NCBI GenBank assembly: GCA_963666315.2
Contig: CAXXHG010000027.1
Coordinates: 18,794 to 82,793 of the forward strand
Source: Candidatus Binatia bacterium
Lineage (GTDB): Bacteria > Desulfobacterota > Binatia > Bin18
Direction: 5' to 3'
DNA: 64,000 nucleotides
In this document: piece after piece, positions 30,539 to 40,252 of the stretch
How positions within the stretch are numbered: the first letter of the stretch is position 1
Layout: the number at the start of each line of letters is the position of its first letter
The notes under the pieces: model-generated
What the model was told of the DNA's origin: nothing
Seen by the model: only the letters and a program-made list of their open reading frames with translations
The model's database searches: none
Program-made: the position numbers and the translations under genes

Positions 30539-32467
30539 TTATAAACACGGAAGATTTGACGTTTCCATTCTCAGTGTTGCCCCAAGTTGCGCGGAAAACC
30601 CTGCCGCTAGCCGAGAGGTGTTGGATCGGAACGTAATTGCAGCCCCATTCGGAATCGTGGTGTTTGTCCCCGCCGTAATCGTGTGTTGCGCCTTGAGTAT
30701 CTGAGTGCCGGTCAAGGATTGGTTAGAGAAGGAGAGATCGGCACGCGCGTTTATCTCTTCGAGCGTGGGCGCGGCAACGCCTGAACAATCGGTCGTTGCG
30801 TTCAGGGCGGCCAAGGCGTCCACCCTGCCGAATCCCGAAAGTGAATCGAACCCGCCTCCTTCAATATCTACTGCAGTCTTGGTTAGAACTTCGTACACTT
30901 GCGCCGGCGTGAAATGAGGATGAGCTTCAAGGAGCATGGCGGCTATAGCCGCAACATGCGGCGCTGCTGCTGATGTGCCACAGAATTTAGTAGGGAATGT
31001 ACCGGGGCCAGTGTTCGTGACACAGTCAACTGCCGTCAGATCCGGCTTGGCGCGAGACACGAAAGAGGGATGGTGAATGTCGGAAGGGCCTCTGTTGCTA
31101 GAAGACTGGATAGTACCTGGCGTGGCTTGGTGTGCCGCTGCAACAGCGAAAACACCAGGGACTGCCGGGTGACCGAAGACGCTGCCTGCTGTTATGGTGT
31201 CCGCATTGTCCAACGCAGCGTTGGTGCCAAGAACAAATAGCTCGATAGTCTGATTGGTGAGTCCCGAAACCTTGCGGACTTGTAGAGAGCAGCCAGCAGA
31301 GCAGTTCTCCGAAAAACTCTCAATTAGATCGTCATTCCCATCTTGCCGCGTATTGAAACCTGCACAGGTTGCAGGGGATTCTTCAAATAAGCACAAGTCA
31401 TAGTCGTCCGCTGACCCGCCGAACATATTGCTCCACTGTAAAACAACAGTGGCTGGGTTACCGGTAACGTTGAACATCGTATTGCCGACTCCAATCTGAT
31501 GACTATGGACGCCGTCGAAACTGTCTAGGAACGTGGCTTCGTAATGCACCGAAGCCTGGTTGCCAGCGGATGATACGTAACTCGCGTCTCCGGCAATGGC
31601 AGCAGCAGCAGCTTGGGCAATCATCCCATCTTGGAAAAATGGTTCTCCAAAACATCCCAAGTCATCAACTATGATATCGGCTAGAAAGCCAGGGGAAGGC
31701 GCGGCTAGGACCTGTATGCAGTCGTCCATTGCTAGGCAAGTCGCAGGCCCGCAGAATGCCAGTTGTGCCCCGGGCGCGAGATCGTGGATGATTTCCAGCA
31801 TCGCGGTCCCTTCATCACCGGATCCTGGATGAGCGTTAGCAATTGCGAATACCGGAAGGTCTCCCGTGGCCTGAGAGGCGGCTCGGGAATCCACACCATC
31901 TGATATGACACCGACGCGAATACCGGAGCCATCTACTCCAAATTTATTGAACGCGGCGACCGCATTTAGAAGGATATCGCCTTCAGTCCTAACGCTACCT
32001 GTCATTGGTATTGGGTAATCGGGAGGCTGGACCTTGAGGATAAACTCAAAGTCCGCAATGATCTCGATGTAGTCGTATGGCACCCAGGCTTGAATGAGAT
32101 TCCACTCCTCATTCACAATCTCAATCTCGACACCAACGGATTTAAGGATTTCCTGGATATCATCGTCAACGAAGTCAACTTTGAGATACACCTGCACCCG
32201 CGCTGCGTCGTCGACTTTCACCAATGAAGATGAGAAGCGCTCGGCTATACGCAACGTCGCTGCATTGGTAGACGTAGCGTTGGCCTCCTCCAGCGCCGAG
32301 CAGGTGCGGCGGAGAAGTGGACTAATTTTATGCTGGGCAGGCGTCAAATGTGCTTGTGATTTGTTGGGAATCCGCAGGACCGGCGAACTGGAATTCGGGT
32401 CTGACCTGACGGAGACTGAGGATACCGCTAACAGTATCAGGCCAAGGATGAGTGTGCGGCTACGCAT
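30539..32467 (-). CDS. secreted S8/S53-like serine peptidase with C-terminal beta-rich domain
   Basis: Signal peptide, VGVISDG, GDEGTAMLEIIHDLAPGA, SSAGN, KPDL, GTSAAAPH, GFGRVDA. Confidence 0.9.
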   Translation of the reverse strand: MRSRTLILGLILLAVSSVSVRSDPNSSSPVLRIPNKSQAHLTPAQHKISPLLRRTCSALEEANATSTNAATLRIAERFSSSLVKVDDAARVQVYLKVDFVDDDIQEILKSVGVEIEIVNEEWNLIQAWVPYDYIEIIADFEFILKVQPPDYPIPMTGSVRTEGDILLNAVAAFNKFGVDGSGIRVGVISDGVDSRAASQATGDLPVFAIANAHPGSGDEGTAMLEIIHDLAPGAQLAFCGPATCLAMDDCIQVLAAPSPGFLADIIVDDLGCFGEPFFQDGMIAQAAAAAIAGDASYVSSAGNQASVHYEATFLDSFDGVHSHQIGVGNTMFNVTGNPATVVLQWSNMFGGSADDYDLCLFEESPATCAGFNTRQDGNDDLIESFSENCSAGCSLQVRKVSGLTNQTIELFVLGTNAALDNADTITAGSVFGHPAVPGVFAVAAAHQATPGTIQSSSNRGPSDIHHPSFVSRAKPDLTAVDCVTNTGPGTFPTKFCGTSAAAPHVAAIAAMLLEAHPHFTPAQVYEVLTKTAVDIEGGGFDSLSGFGRVDALAALNATTDCSGVAAPTLEEINARADLSFSNQSLTGTQILKAQHTITAGTNTTIPNGAAITFRSNTSRLAAGFSAQLGATLRMETSNLPCL

Positions 32468-32479
32468 ACGTGTAGCGCC

Positions 32480-32890
32480 TTATTTTTCCTCACTCTTGTT
32501 GGTCGAACATTCTTCTAAAGAATTTCCATTGTCCGCCAGGTTGTTCAGGCTCGTCGCCACAGCGGGATGGTCCGGCCCCAGCGCCTGCTCGTCTATTGCC
32601 AGCGCCCGCTTATAGAGCGGCTCGGCCAGCGCGTAGCGGCCTTGGTCAATGTAGAGCGAGGCTAGATTACTCAGGCTCACTTCCACATCGGCATGGTCTG
32701 GCCCGACGTTTTTCTCGGCTATTTCAAGGGCTTTTTTGTCAACCGTGACGGCACGGCCATATTGGCCTGCACGATGCAGCTCCTGACCCTCCTGAATCAG
32801 GATGTCCCATTCAATGCCCGCCTCACCGGGCGAAACCGGCAGCGGCCACAACAGCAACAACACCGTGATGATAGTCGGGATATATTTCAT
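32480..32890 (-). pseudogene. truncated secreted TPR protein
   Basis: Signal peptide and two GPDHxxVxxSLxNLA repeats, cut mid-repeat. Confidence 0.7.
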
Positions 32891-33396
32891 TAATCCTTGA
32901 GCCTTCTGTGACGGCGCACACGAAGGATTATACCACCTGTGTGAACTGCACAAAACGCTAGAAAACCAACCCCACCGTAGACTATGCACCACCCTACGCC
33001 AATTGCTCAGAACAGCCGTGAGTGAGCAAATCACACGAGAGGAAGGTTTTGCTTCAAGTAAACTACATTGATATAAAGCGGTTGAGCATCCACATGCACG
33101 AGCAAGTTGTGTCAGGACGGAAAACTGACGGGTTTCAATCGTCTAACATTCTGTATGCTGATTAGGCATCTTGGGGATCATGTATGGCATCGAGAGGGGT
33201 ATTGCAGCTTGTGAAGGTTGGCGCGAGACGTCTCATCACTTCCTTGGTAACCCGTTCCGGCCTGTCCCCGAGAAGACGTCGCAATCTGTACGACGCAAAT
33301 TTCACCAGTGGAACAGCGGACTGAGCAATGCTTGGAAATTTTTCTACCTAAGCTCTTCAGCTTGCGGATGCAACAACAGTTGCGCTAGAAATCACT

Positions 33397-33834
33397 ATGC
33401 GCTGGTTTTTGATTGGACTGATCGCACTCCTACTCTCCGCCGGGGTACCAGCACTAGCAGACGATATTGCTGACCTGCGGGCCAGGGCCAACCAAGGCGA
33501 TGCCACTGCCCAGTTCAATCTCGGTCTCATGTACGAGAGCGGCGAAGGCGTGGCGCAGGATTACACACAAGCATTCTTCTGGTACCGCAAGGCTGCCGAC
33601 CAAGGCGATGCCTCTGCCCAGTTGAATCTCGGTGTCATGTACGGCAGGGGCGCAGGCGTGGCGCAAAACTTCGTACAAGCGCATAAGTGGTGCAATATAG
33701 CCGCTGCTCATTTGACTGGAGCGAATCGCGGATTAGCGGTCAAAAGTAGAGATATTCTGGAAAGAAAGATGACGCAGGCTCAGGTCGCGGAGGCGCAAAA
33801 AATCGCGCAGGAATGGAAGCCCAAAACCGATTAA
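33397..33834 (+). CDS. secreted Sel1-repeat protein
   Basis: AQFNLGLMYESGEGVAQDY, WYRKAADQG, MTQAQVAEAQ. Confidence 0.92.
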   Translation: MRWFLIGLIALLLSAGVPALADDIADLRARANQGDATAQFNLGLMYESGEGVAQDYTQAFFWYRKAADQGDASAQLNLGVMYGRGAGVAQNFVQAHKWCNIAAAHLTGANRGLAVKSRDILERKMTQAQVAEAQKIAQEWKPKTD

Positions 33835-33851
33835 TGACGAAGCATACAGGG

Positions 33852-34259
33852 TTAAGTTTTTCCTGCTATTAATTCGGTATCTGATGTCATATTGCCGCCG
33901 AAATATGGGCGATTGTCAAAGTTAACAAGGGTGTCCATGGAATCTGATGCGCCGTTGGTTAGAAGCGTTACAAGCCGATCAAAATCCACACCGGTACTTA
34001 CGTCCACGCTGCCGAGCTGGCCCAACGGTAGCGAGCGCTGAACCCAGAAGAAGTCTCCGGGGTGGAAAGAGGGGCCGCTAACTAGTGTGTCGATGACATT
34101 ATGCCCCAAGTAATACGTAATTTCGGAGGGCACTGGGAAATCGTAATTGAAACAGCCGTCCCCTACAACATCGATGGGTATCGTCACTAGTAACTCCTGC
34201 CCCCAAACCGGGGAAGACAGGGCGAAATTAAAAGCTAGTCCTATGAATAATGCACGCAT
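33852..34259 (-). CDS. hypothetical secreted protein (possibly truncated)
   Basis: Signal-peptide-like N-terminus after RBS; no family recognised. Confidence 0.45.
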   Translation of the reverse strand: MRALFIGLAFNFALSSPVWGQELLVTIPIDVVGDGCFNYDFPVPSEITYYLGHNVIDTLVSGPSFHPGDFFWVQRSLPLGQLGSVDVSTGVDFDRLVTLLTNGASDSMDTLVNFDNRPYFGGNMTSDTELIAGKT

Positions 34260-34601
34260 GTTTTCCCTATACAGAAGGCGTTCTCTTGTTGTCAACGCTG
34301 TGCCTTTGTTGCATTATTTATTCTCCGCGGCGCGTTCATTCGCAACCCGTGCGCGGCGTGCTTGCGGTCGAATTACCAGGGGCCACATGGGAGTTCCTCC
34401 TCATCATCTGTTTTCCCTTGCAGACGGCGAAAACGTTGCTATGACTAAAGTACCGGGAGAGTAAGGCTGTGTTATCCCTTGGCCTTCACCTCGCCCTATT
34501 CATTTGAACCTTCCGGCATTTTCGGTCAACAAGCATGGACCAACAAGGACGTAGCATTCCGCCTTCCTTTTGCACTCTTTTTATTCTGTTCAACCAGTCG
34601 T

Positions 34602-35219
34602 TCACGTAAAGGAAATAGGTTTTTCTTGCGCTCTGCGTTTCTGCATATAATCCCGCATATATTTGCGGCGACTGTCCTTCCTGCCTATTTCGTTGGCAGC
34701 GACCGTGCAATCATGCGAACAATACTTCTGCCTGCGGATGGGGTGGAAGATCGTTCCACATCCCATCCGCGGGCACTCCTTGAAAGGGAACGGCTCGTCG
34801 TGTCGCTCCAGTAGATCGAGCAGGTCATGCACTAGATCGTGATTCACAAAGGTCCCTCCAGCACCGCGCTGAAGTACGCCGTTCTTCAACCTCATGACCC
34901 GGTCATCATGTCGTCTCAGTTTTTTCATCGATAAAGCTTTTCCCGCCATGAGGTCTCTTACGATGCCTCGGATCCGCGCCTGACTAGCGTCAATCAGCTT
35001 CCATTGTACGGGAAGCGGTTCCGACCCCCACGAGGGGATAACCCATTCGCGGCTGTCCCACATGACAGCGATCCCGACACCAAAGGTATCGTTATAATCC
35101 TCCACGAGAGCGTGTTTCTCGGAGCGCTTCAAGCGGGCAAGTGACGAGATGTTGACGAGACGCGCATAGAAGCGCAGCCGCTGTGTAGGGTCCTTATCCA
35201 CCGGGAATGGCATATGCAC
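34602..35219 (-). CDS. CGNR zinc-finger protein (putative element regulator)
   Basis: FKECPRMGCGTIF...QKYCSHDC and basic tail; divergent from Xis-like gene. Confidence 0.75.
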   Translation of the reverse strand: MHMPFPVDKDPTQRLRFYARLVNISSLARLKRSEKHALVEDYNDTFGVGIAVMWDSREWVIPSWGSEPLPVQWKLIDASQARIRGIVRDLMAGKALSMKKLRRHDDRVMRLKNGVLQRGAGGTFVNHDLVHDLLDLLERHDEPFPFKECPRMGCGTIFHPIRRQKYCSHDCTVAANEIGRKDSRRKYMRDYMQKRRAQEKPISFT

Positions 35220-35339
35220 ACGTTAAACAAACTATCTGGCAGAAGCAAGCGTTATTATTTGTTAACAATTATTAACTTGATTTAGTTTATCCCACCATGT
35301 ACTCAATGACGCAAGGGACACAGAGAGTGAGGACTACCC

Positions 35340-35558
35340 ATGAAGAGCACCCCCGAGCGATTGGCCTACAGCGTTGACGAAGCAGCGATTGTAACCGGCA
35401 AAACCTCGAAAGCCATCCGCGTACTCATCTCGCGCAACCAATTTCCCCACCGGCGTCGCGGACGGTCCATCGTCATTTTGAGGTCAGATCTAGAAGAATT
35501 CCTGGCGGGATTGCCTGGCATTTCCGTTGCGGAAGCGCTCGACAGGATTGCGACGTGA
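35340..35558 (+). CDS. excisionase-like HTH protein
   Basis: LAYSVDEAA...GRSIVILRSDLEEFL. Confidence 0.85.
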   Translation: MKSTPERLAYSVDEAAIVTGKTSKAIRVLISRNQFPHRRRGRSIVILRSDLEEFLAGLPGISVAEALDRIAT

Positions 35559-37936
35559 GCGTAACGATGCAAGACGTGGCCCTGGCTTATGCCGCGCGGG
35601 GCTTCCCGGTATTCCCACTTCTGCCTGGGGAGAAAAAGCCCCATGGCAACCTCGCTCCCCACGGCTTCAGAAATGCAACGACGGACCCTGCCGTTATTGA
35701 AGGTTGGTGGGCCAAAGAACCAAAAGCCAACATTGGCATCCCCACGGGGAATGTCAGCGGTTGGGTTGTGATCGATACCGACAAGGACGACTTGAAAAGT
35801 CTTGACGGTGAGGAGGCCCTGCGCGCTCTTGAAAAGGAGCACGGCGCCTTGCCTAAAACGGTCATGCAACTTACGCCACGCGGTGGGAATCACCGCGTAT
35901 ACCGGGATCCTGGGGGCATTCGGTGCAGCGCGGGTAAACTCGGCCCCGGCGTCGACGTCCGGGGCACGGCTGGCTATGTCGCTGTCGATCCGAGCACTAG
36001 GCCTGATGGTTCTTATGAATGGGAACTGGATCATCATCCCGATGAACTCGAGCCTGCTGAACTACCCGATAAATGGATTGAGCTCCTGCGTGATCAGGAT
36101 TCAAGCAAGGCGAAGAGCGGGGATAAATCCAAGCCGGAATCCGCCGCCGGCGGGCCGATCCCAGAAGGAAGGCGCAATGACACTCTCGCCAGCATTGGCG
36201 GTTCCCTGCGACGTATGGGGCACGATGAGGAGGAAATTCTTACCACCCTCCAAGAAGTAAATAGCAGCCGCTGCGAACCTCTCTTGCCTGATCCCGAAGT
36301 AGCAAAAATAGCGCATAGTATGGCGCAATACGAACCCGGAGCGGGCGCGATTACCGAAGCCACCGCTTCGGACCTACGCGAGAACATCGACGTATTTCTG
36401 GCTCAGGCAAAGGAAACGCAGGACCCAGGTCACGCCTTTCAGGCGATAGAACATCTAGTGCAATTATCTGCTGCGGACTATGCCAGCTACACGGCCAAAT
36501 TCAAAGAGATTTTAGGCAGTAAGTTGAATCTCAACGATTTTGCCCGCGCATTCAAGGATGCCAAGAAAGAGGCCGCGCCTGACCGGAAGAATCTCGTTAT
36601 CCGTCTCGCTGAGCACATTCTCGAAAAGCAGCATTTCGCCAAGAACGAAGGCCAACAGCTGTATCATTTTGAGGCCGGGCATTATGTTCGGGATGGCGAT
36701 ATTGCCATCCAGCGCTTGGTAAAAGAAAGCCTCACTGACTGGGGGGAAATCGATAGTTGGTCGTCATTTCGTGGCCGGGAAGTATTCAACTATATCCTCA
36801 CTGGAGCGCAGCAGTTATGGACGCACCGCCCGCCTGACGAAATCCCCGTGTTGGACGGGATCCTGAACCTGCGTACCATAACGCTCCGTCCCCATGACCC
36901 GGCCTTTCTGTCCCCCATTCAATTTCCAGTGATATTTGATCCTGATGCAAGGTGTGAAAAGATCGATAAATTCTTTGAAGAAGTATTTCCAAAGGGCGCA
37001 GCAGATCTCGGCTACGAGATGATTACGGCCATCATTGACCCAGCGTTCGATGACCAGAAGGCTGACCTATTGAGCGGTCCAGGCGGGAGCGGTAAATCCA
37101 CCTTTTTGACTCTTGTCATAAATTTCATCGGCATAGAAAACGTGTCCACCTTGTCACTCCATACACTCGAAAACAACCGTTTTGCGATATCCGAGCTGTA
37201 TGGAAAGGTCGCCAATATCTGCGCAGATCTACCCGGCACACGGTTGTCCCATACCTCAAACGTCAAAAGCATAACCGGCGGCGACACTGTCCAAGCCGAG
37301 ATAAAAAATGGACGGTTCTTTTCCTTTCGCCCGTATGCACGACTTTTGTTCGCAACGAATCATTTACCCCGAGCAGATGACGCGGACGAGGCGTTCTACC
37401 AGTGACTGCACGTTATTCCTTTTGATAATGTTTTTCGCGGTGTGAAGGGTAAGGAAATCAAGCGAAATAAGCTGGACGCCATGCTTTCAGACCCTACACA
37501 ATTATCCGGGCTACTAAACAGAGTCTTGGAAGTTCTGCCAGGATTACGTTCGGACGGATTCGTGGCGTGTCAATTGACGAAAGACGCCTCAGCGGATTTC
37601 CGGGTTGAGACCGACCCGATTAGCATCTGGATGGACAAAAAAACCGTTCAAACGCCGAACGGCTGGGTTCCGAAAGAGGTTCTTCTGCAAGCTTACAACC
37701 GGGATGCCGTAGCCGCTCATCGCCCGCGGGAGACCGCGAATAACTTTGGTCGAGCTGTCACGAGATTTCGGCCTGCTGTCACGGGAAAGCAACGCCGCGT
37801 GAATGAACAACGAGTGTGGGTGTGGCAGGGAATTGGTCTCGGTACGCCGGAATCTGACCAATCGGCCCCTCATAAGGAGGAGTGTCACGGGAATCTGGAT
37901 CACTGTCACGAGAAAGCTTCTAGCAAAGCAACGTAA
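35555..37936 (+). pseudogene. bifunctional Prim-Pol + PriCT + D5/SF3 helicase with in-frame TGA at 37403-37405
   Basis: GFPVFPL, HGFRNATTD, ANIGIPTG, IPEGRRNDTL, GPGGSGKST, ITGGD, FATNHLP, AFYQ*LHVIPF; frame continues to 37936. Confidence 0.85.
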
Positions 37937-38100
37937 ATAGATCTGACTTTGTAGGTACTTAGAGCGGGTGTCACGGGAATCACTAAAAAAATCGTATACC
38001 CGCGAATAAAAAAGGGACCTTAGGTTGGGAAAAACGAGAGGTAGGGGGGGGGTGTTAGTTTGAGAGTGACTGAAAATAATCCAGTGATTCCCGTGACACC
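37755..38100. repeat. iteron cluster, putative replication origin
   Basis: TGTCACG(G/A)GA at about 37756, 37777, 37883, 37904 and 37969; perfect 18-bp inverted pair 37967..37984 / 38083..38100. Confidence 0.75.
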
Positions 38101-38142
38101 GCTTACTATTTCGGCCTGCCTCAAGAAAAAACCGAGGTTGGT

Positions 38143-38544
38143 ATGGACGCAGATGCGTTGATTGCCCGCTGTGATGACCTTGGCGTAACGCTGAGCCCGT
38201 TGCCTTCTGGCATGCTCAGGGTTCGATGCAACGGTGAAATCTCAGAATCTCTTCGCTCAGCGCTGAGAGACAACAAAGCTGAAGTGCTGGCCATCCTTGC
38301 AGCTATGGAATGGTTGAAGCCTCGACTCGCAGAGCCTCAACGGATTGCTGACTTAATTTCCGAATGGTGCGGCGGCACGTGTGTCCTTGGCCGCGACGGC
38401 GTCGAACGCTGGGAGGGGGGAAGAGACGGGACAAATAGCCACGATATTGACGCGTTGTTGGCCGCTCGTTGGCAGCTTAATGTCTACGCGTACTGGGCGG
38501 ATGACTGCTCCTGGTGGGCGATGCCCGAAGAATGGGAACAGTAA
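38143..38544 (+). CDS. hypothetical protein with TubC-N-like N-terminus
   Basis: LGVTLSPLPSGMLRVR...LRSALRDNKAEVLAIL; typical position after satellite primase. Confidence 0.6.
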   Translation: MDADALIARCDDLGVTLSPLPSGMLRVRCNGEISESLRSALRDNKAEVLAILAAMEWLKPRLAEPQRIADLISEWCGGTCVLGRDGVERWEGGRDGTNSHDIDALLAARWQLNVYAYWADDCSWWAMPEEWEQ

Positions 38545-38555
38545 GGAGGTAACCA

Positions 38556-39044
38556 ATGGATCGCACATTGAAAAAGATCACACTGAAAGCTCGCACGCCA
38601 AAGGAGAGAAAGAACGTCTATCGGTATCCCTTTGGCGTCAGGAAGAGACGTCTGCGGATACCCACAGACGAGGAATATCGGGCCTATGATGGCGCGCACT
38701 GCCATCGTTTATGGGAATCCCTTTCGGAGAGCTGGCGTTGTCCTGGCTGCCTCAGATCAAAGCGTGAAATCATGCGCTGGACCAAGAGAAAGGCGCGCCC
38801 TGACCTGGGCATTACTGAGGATTACTTTGGCTGGATGGCCGGATTACACCGATATCAGTTTACCGGACCTGTGCTCTGCGATCACTGCAATATCGCCGGC
38901 GGATCGGCAAAGCGAAAACTTGATCTGCCGGAAAACTTTTTCTTTTCACCCGCCGACATCAGACGTTTTGTGAAACCAAAACCGCACCGAGGTCATACAA
39001 TCGAAATAGAACTAGCACTCCATATATATCAGTCTTCGCGGTAA
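38556..39044 (+). CDS. zinc-binding HNH-like hypothetical protein
   Basis: WRCPGC...LCDHCN motifs; AAGGAGG RBS. Confidence 0.55.
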   Translation: MDRTLKKITLKARTPKERKNVYRYPFGVRKRRLRIPTDEEYRAYDGAHCHRLWESLSESWRCPGCLRSKREIMRWTKRKARPDLGITEDYFGWMAGLHRYQFTGPVLCDHCNIAGGSAKRKLDLPENFFFSPADIRRFVKPKPHRGHTIEIELALHIYQSSR

Positions 39045-39183
39045 ACGATTCTCATGGCTTCGCGGGGCCAAAGGGGACCGGGCGATCCGCCTTCTGTTGT
39101 ACACCTCCACCAGCGCCGAGGATGCAACGCTGTGAAGCGGAATAGGAGATTACGATGCGATTGTGAGCCGGACAGCCACCAAG

Positions 39184-39232
39184 CGGGGGAGGGGTCAATC
39201 TCTACCGCCTCATGACTGTGTACCGCGCCCCT
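39184..39232 (+). other. putative cos-like packaging site
   Basis: GGGGGAGGGGTCAATCTCTAC...ACCGCGCCCC between an HNH remnant (RGCNAVKRNR) and terS. Confidence 0.5.
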
Positions 39233-39286
39233 TAGGTCAACGTTTGTGCAGGCTTCCCCCGATCAAATGGAAAAAGAGGACGAACA

Positions 39287-39540
39287 ATGAGTGAGAAACC
39301 ACGACTACCACCGGCGCACCTCAGAGCGGACACCCGCGAATGGTGGACTTCTGTTCTTGACGAATTCGAACTCGAAGAACATCACATCAAACTCCTCACC
39401 TTGGCCTGTGAGGCCTGGGACCGCTGCCAACAGGCGCGGCAAGTCCTGCGAGAGCACGGTCTGACTTACGATGATCGATTCTCGCAACCCAGAAATAGGC
39501 CAGAAGTAACGGTCGAACGGGATTCACGACTGGCTTCGGC
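39287..39540 (+). pseudogene. P27-family terminase small subunit, 3'-truncated
   Basis: PPAHLRADTREWW...LLTLACEAWDRCQQARQVLREHGLTYDDRF...RPEVTVERDSRLA, then homology appears lost. Confidence 0.8.
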
Positions 39541-39549
39541 CCAGAGACT

Positions 39550-39849
39550 GATGAGGAGCTTCAGGCAGGCTGGTTTTTGGTGCGGGATACACTCCTCCCG
39601 GCCTACATCGCAAGCCGGCCTGGTGAACGGCCCTGGGCGTGGTGGGAATTCCAAGCTCCTGAGCCGCGCCGCAGCGTGCCGCCTCCGCCTGAACAGCCGG
39701 GTCGGAAGCCCATGCCTTTGATGCTGGCCAGCTACCGTGAATCTTCCCTGGAGTATTTGACCCGGCTCGACCTGCTGTCTGCCGCAGAAAAACGCGCCCT
39801 TGCGGAAAGGGAATGCGCGTCATACGGCTCAAACGAGTTGCGGGCTTGA
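39550..39849 (+). pseudogene. fragment of phage/satellite hypothetical protein
   Basis: RPGERPWAWWEFQAPEPRR...ESSLEYLTRLDLL; 5' end fused to terS remnant. Confidence 0.5.
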
Positions 39850-40252
39850 TCTTCCATGGGGCACCGTCCTTTCACGGAGTACGCACCCACCATGATTGCA
39901 CACTTTTTGTGTGTAGGGGGGAGAAGACGCACAACCGACCGGTGCTGGCTCTCACTGACTGTTTTCTCTTGTGTATGGATCCAGGACCCTGGTAAGGAGA
40001 GCGTATGCCTCCCGTCATAGCGGCCCGTGCGATCGCCGTGGCACTGGCGGTTGGCCCTCGAAGAGGAGTGGCAGAAGGTCGATCATTGCCGGATCTTAAT
40101 GGGCGACGAGGTTTCACTATGTACGAAGAAGGCTTTTCAGCGCGGGTTGTCGAAAGTGGAGGACGTTGGGACGATCCCTTCGCGTCAGACACGGCGGCTG
40201 CCTGTCAGGGAAAGAAGCGCCCACCCGACCGCAAGAGAATGGTATCCCCCAC

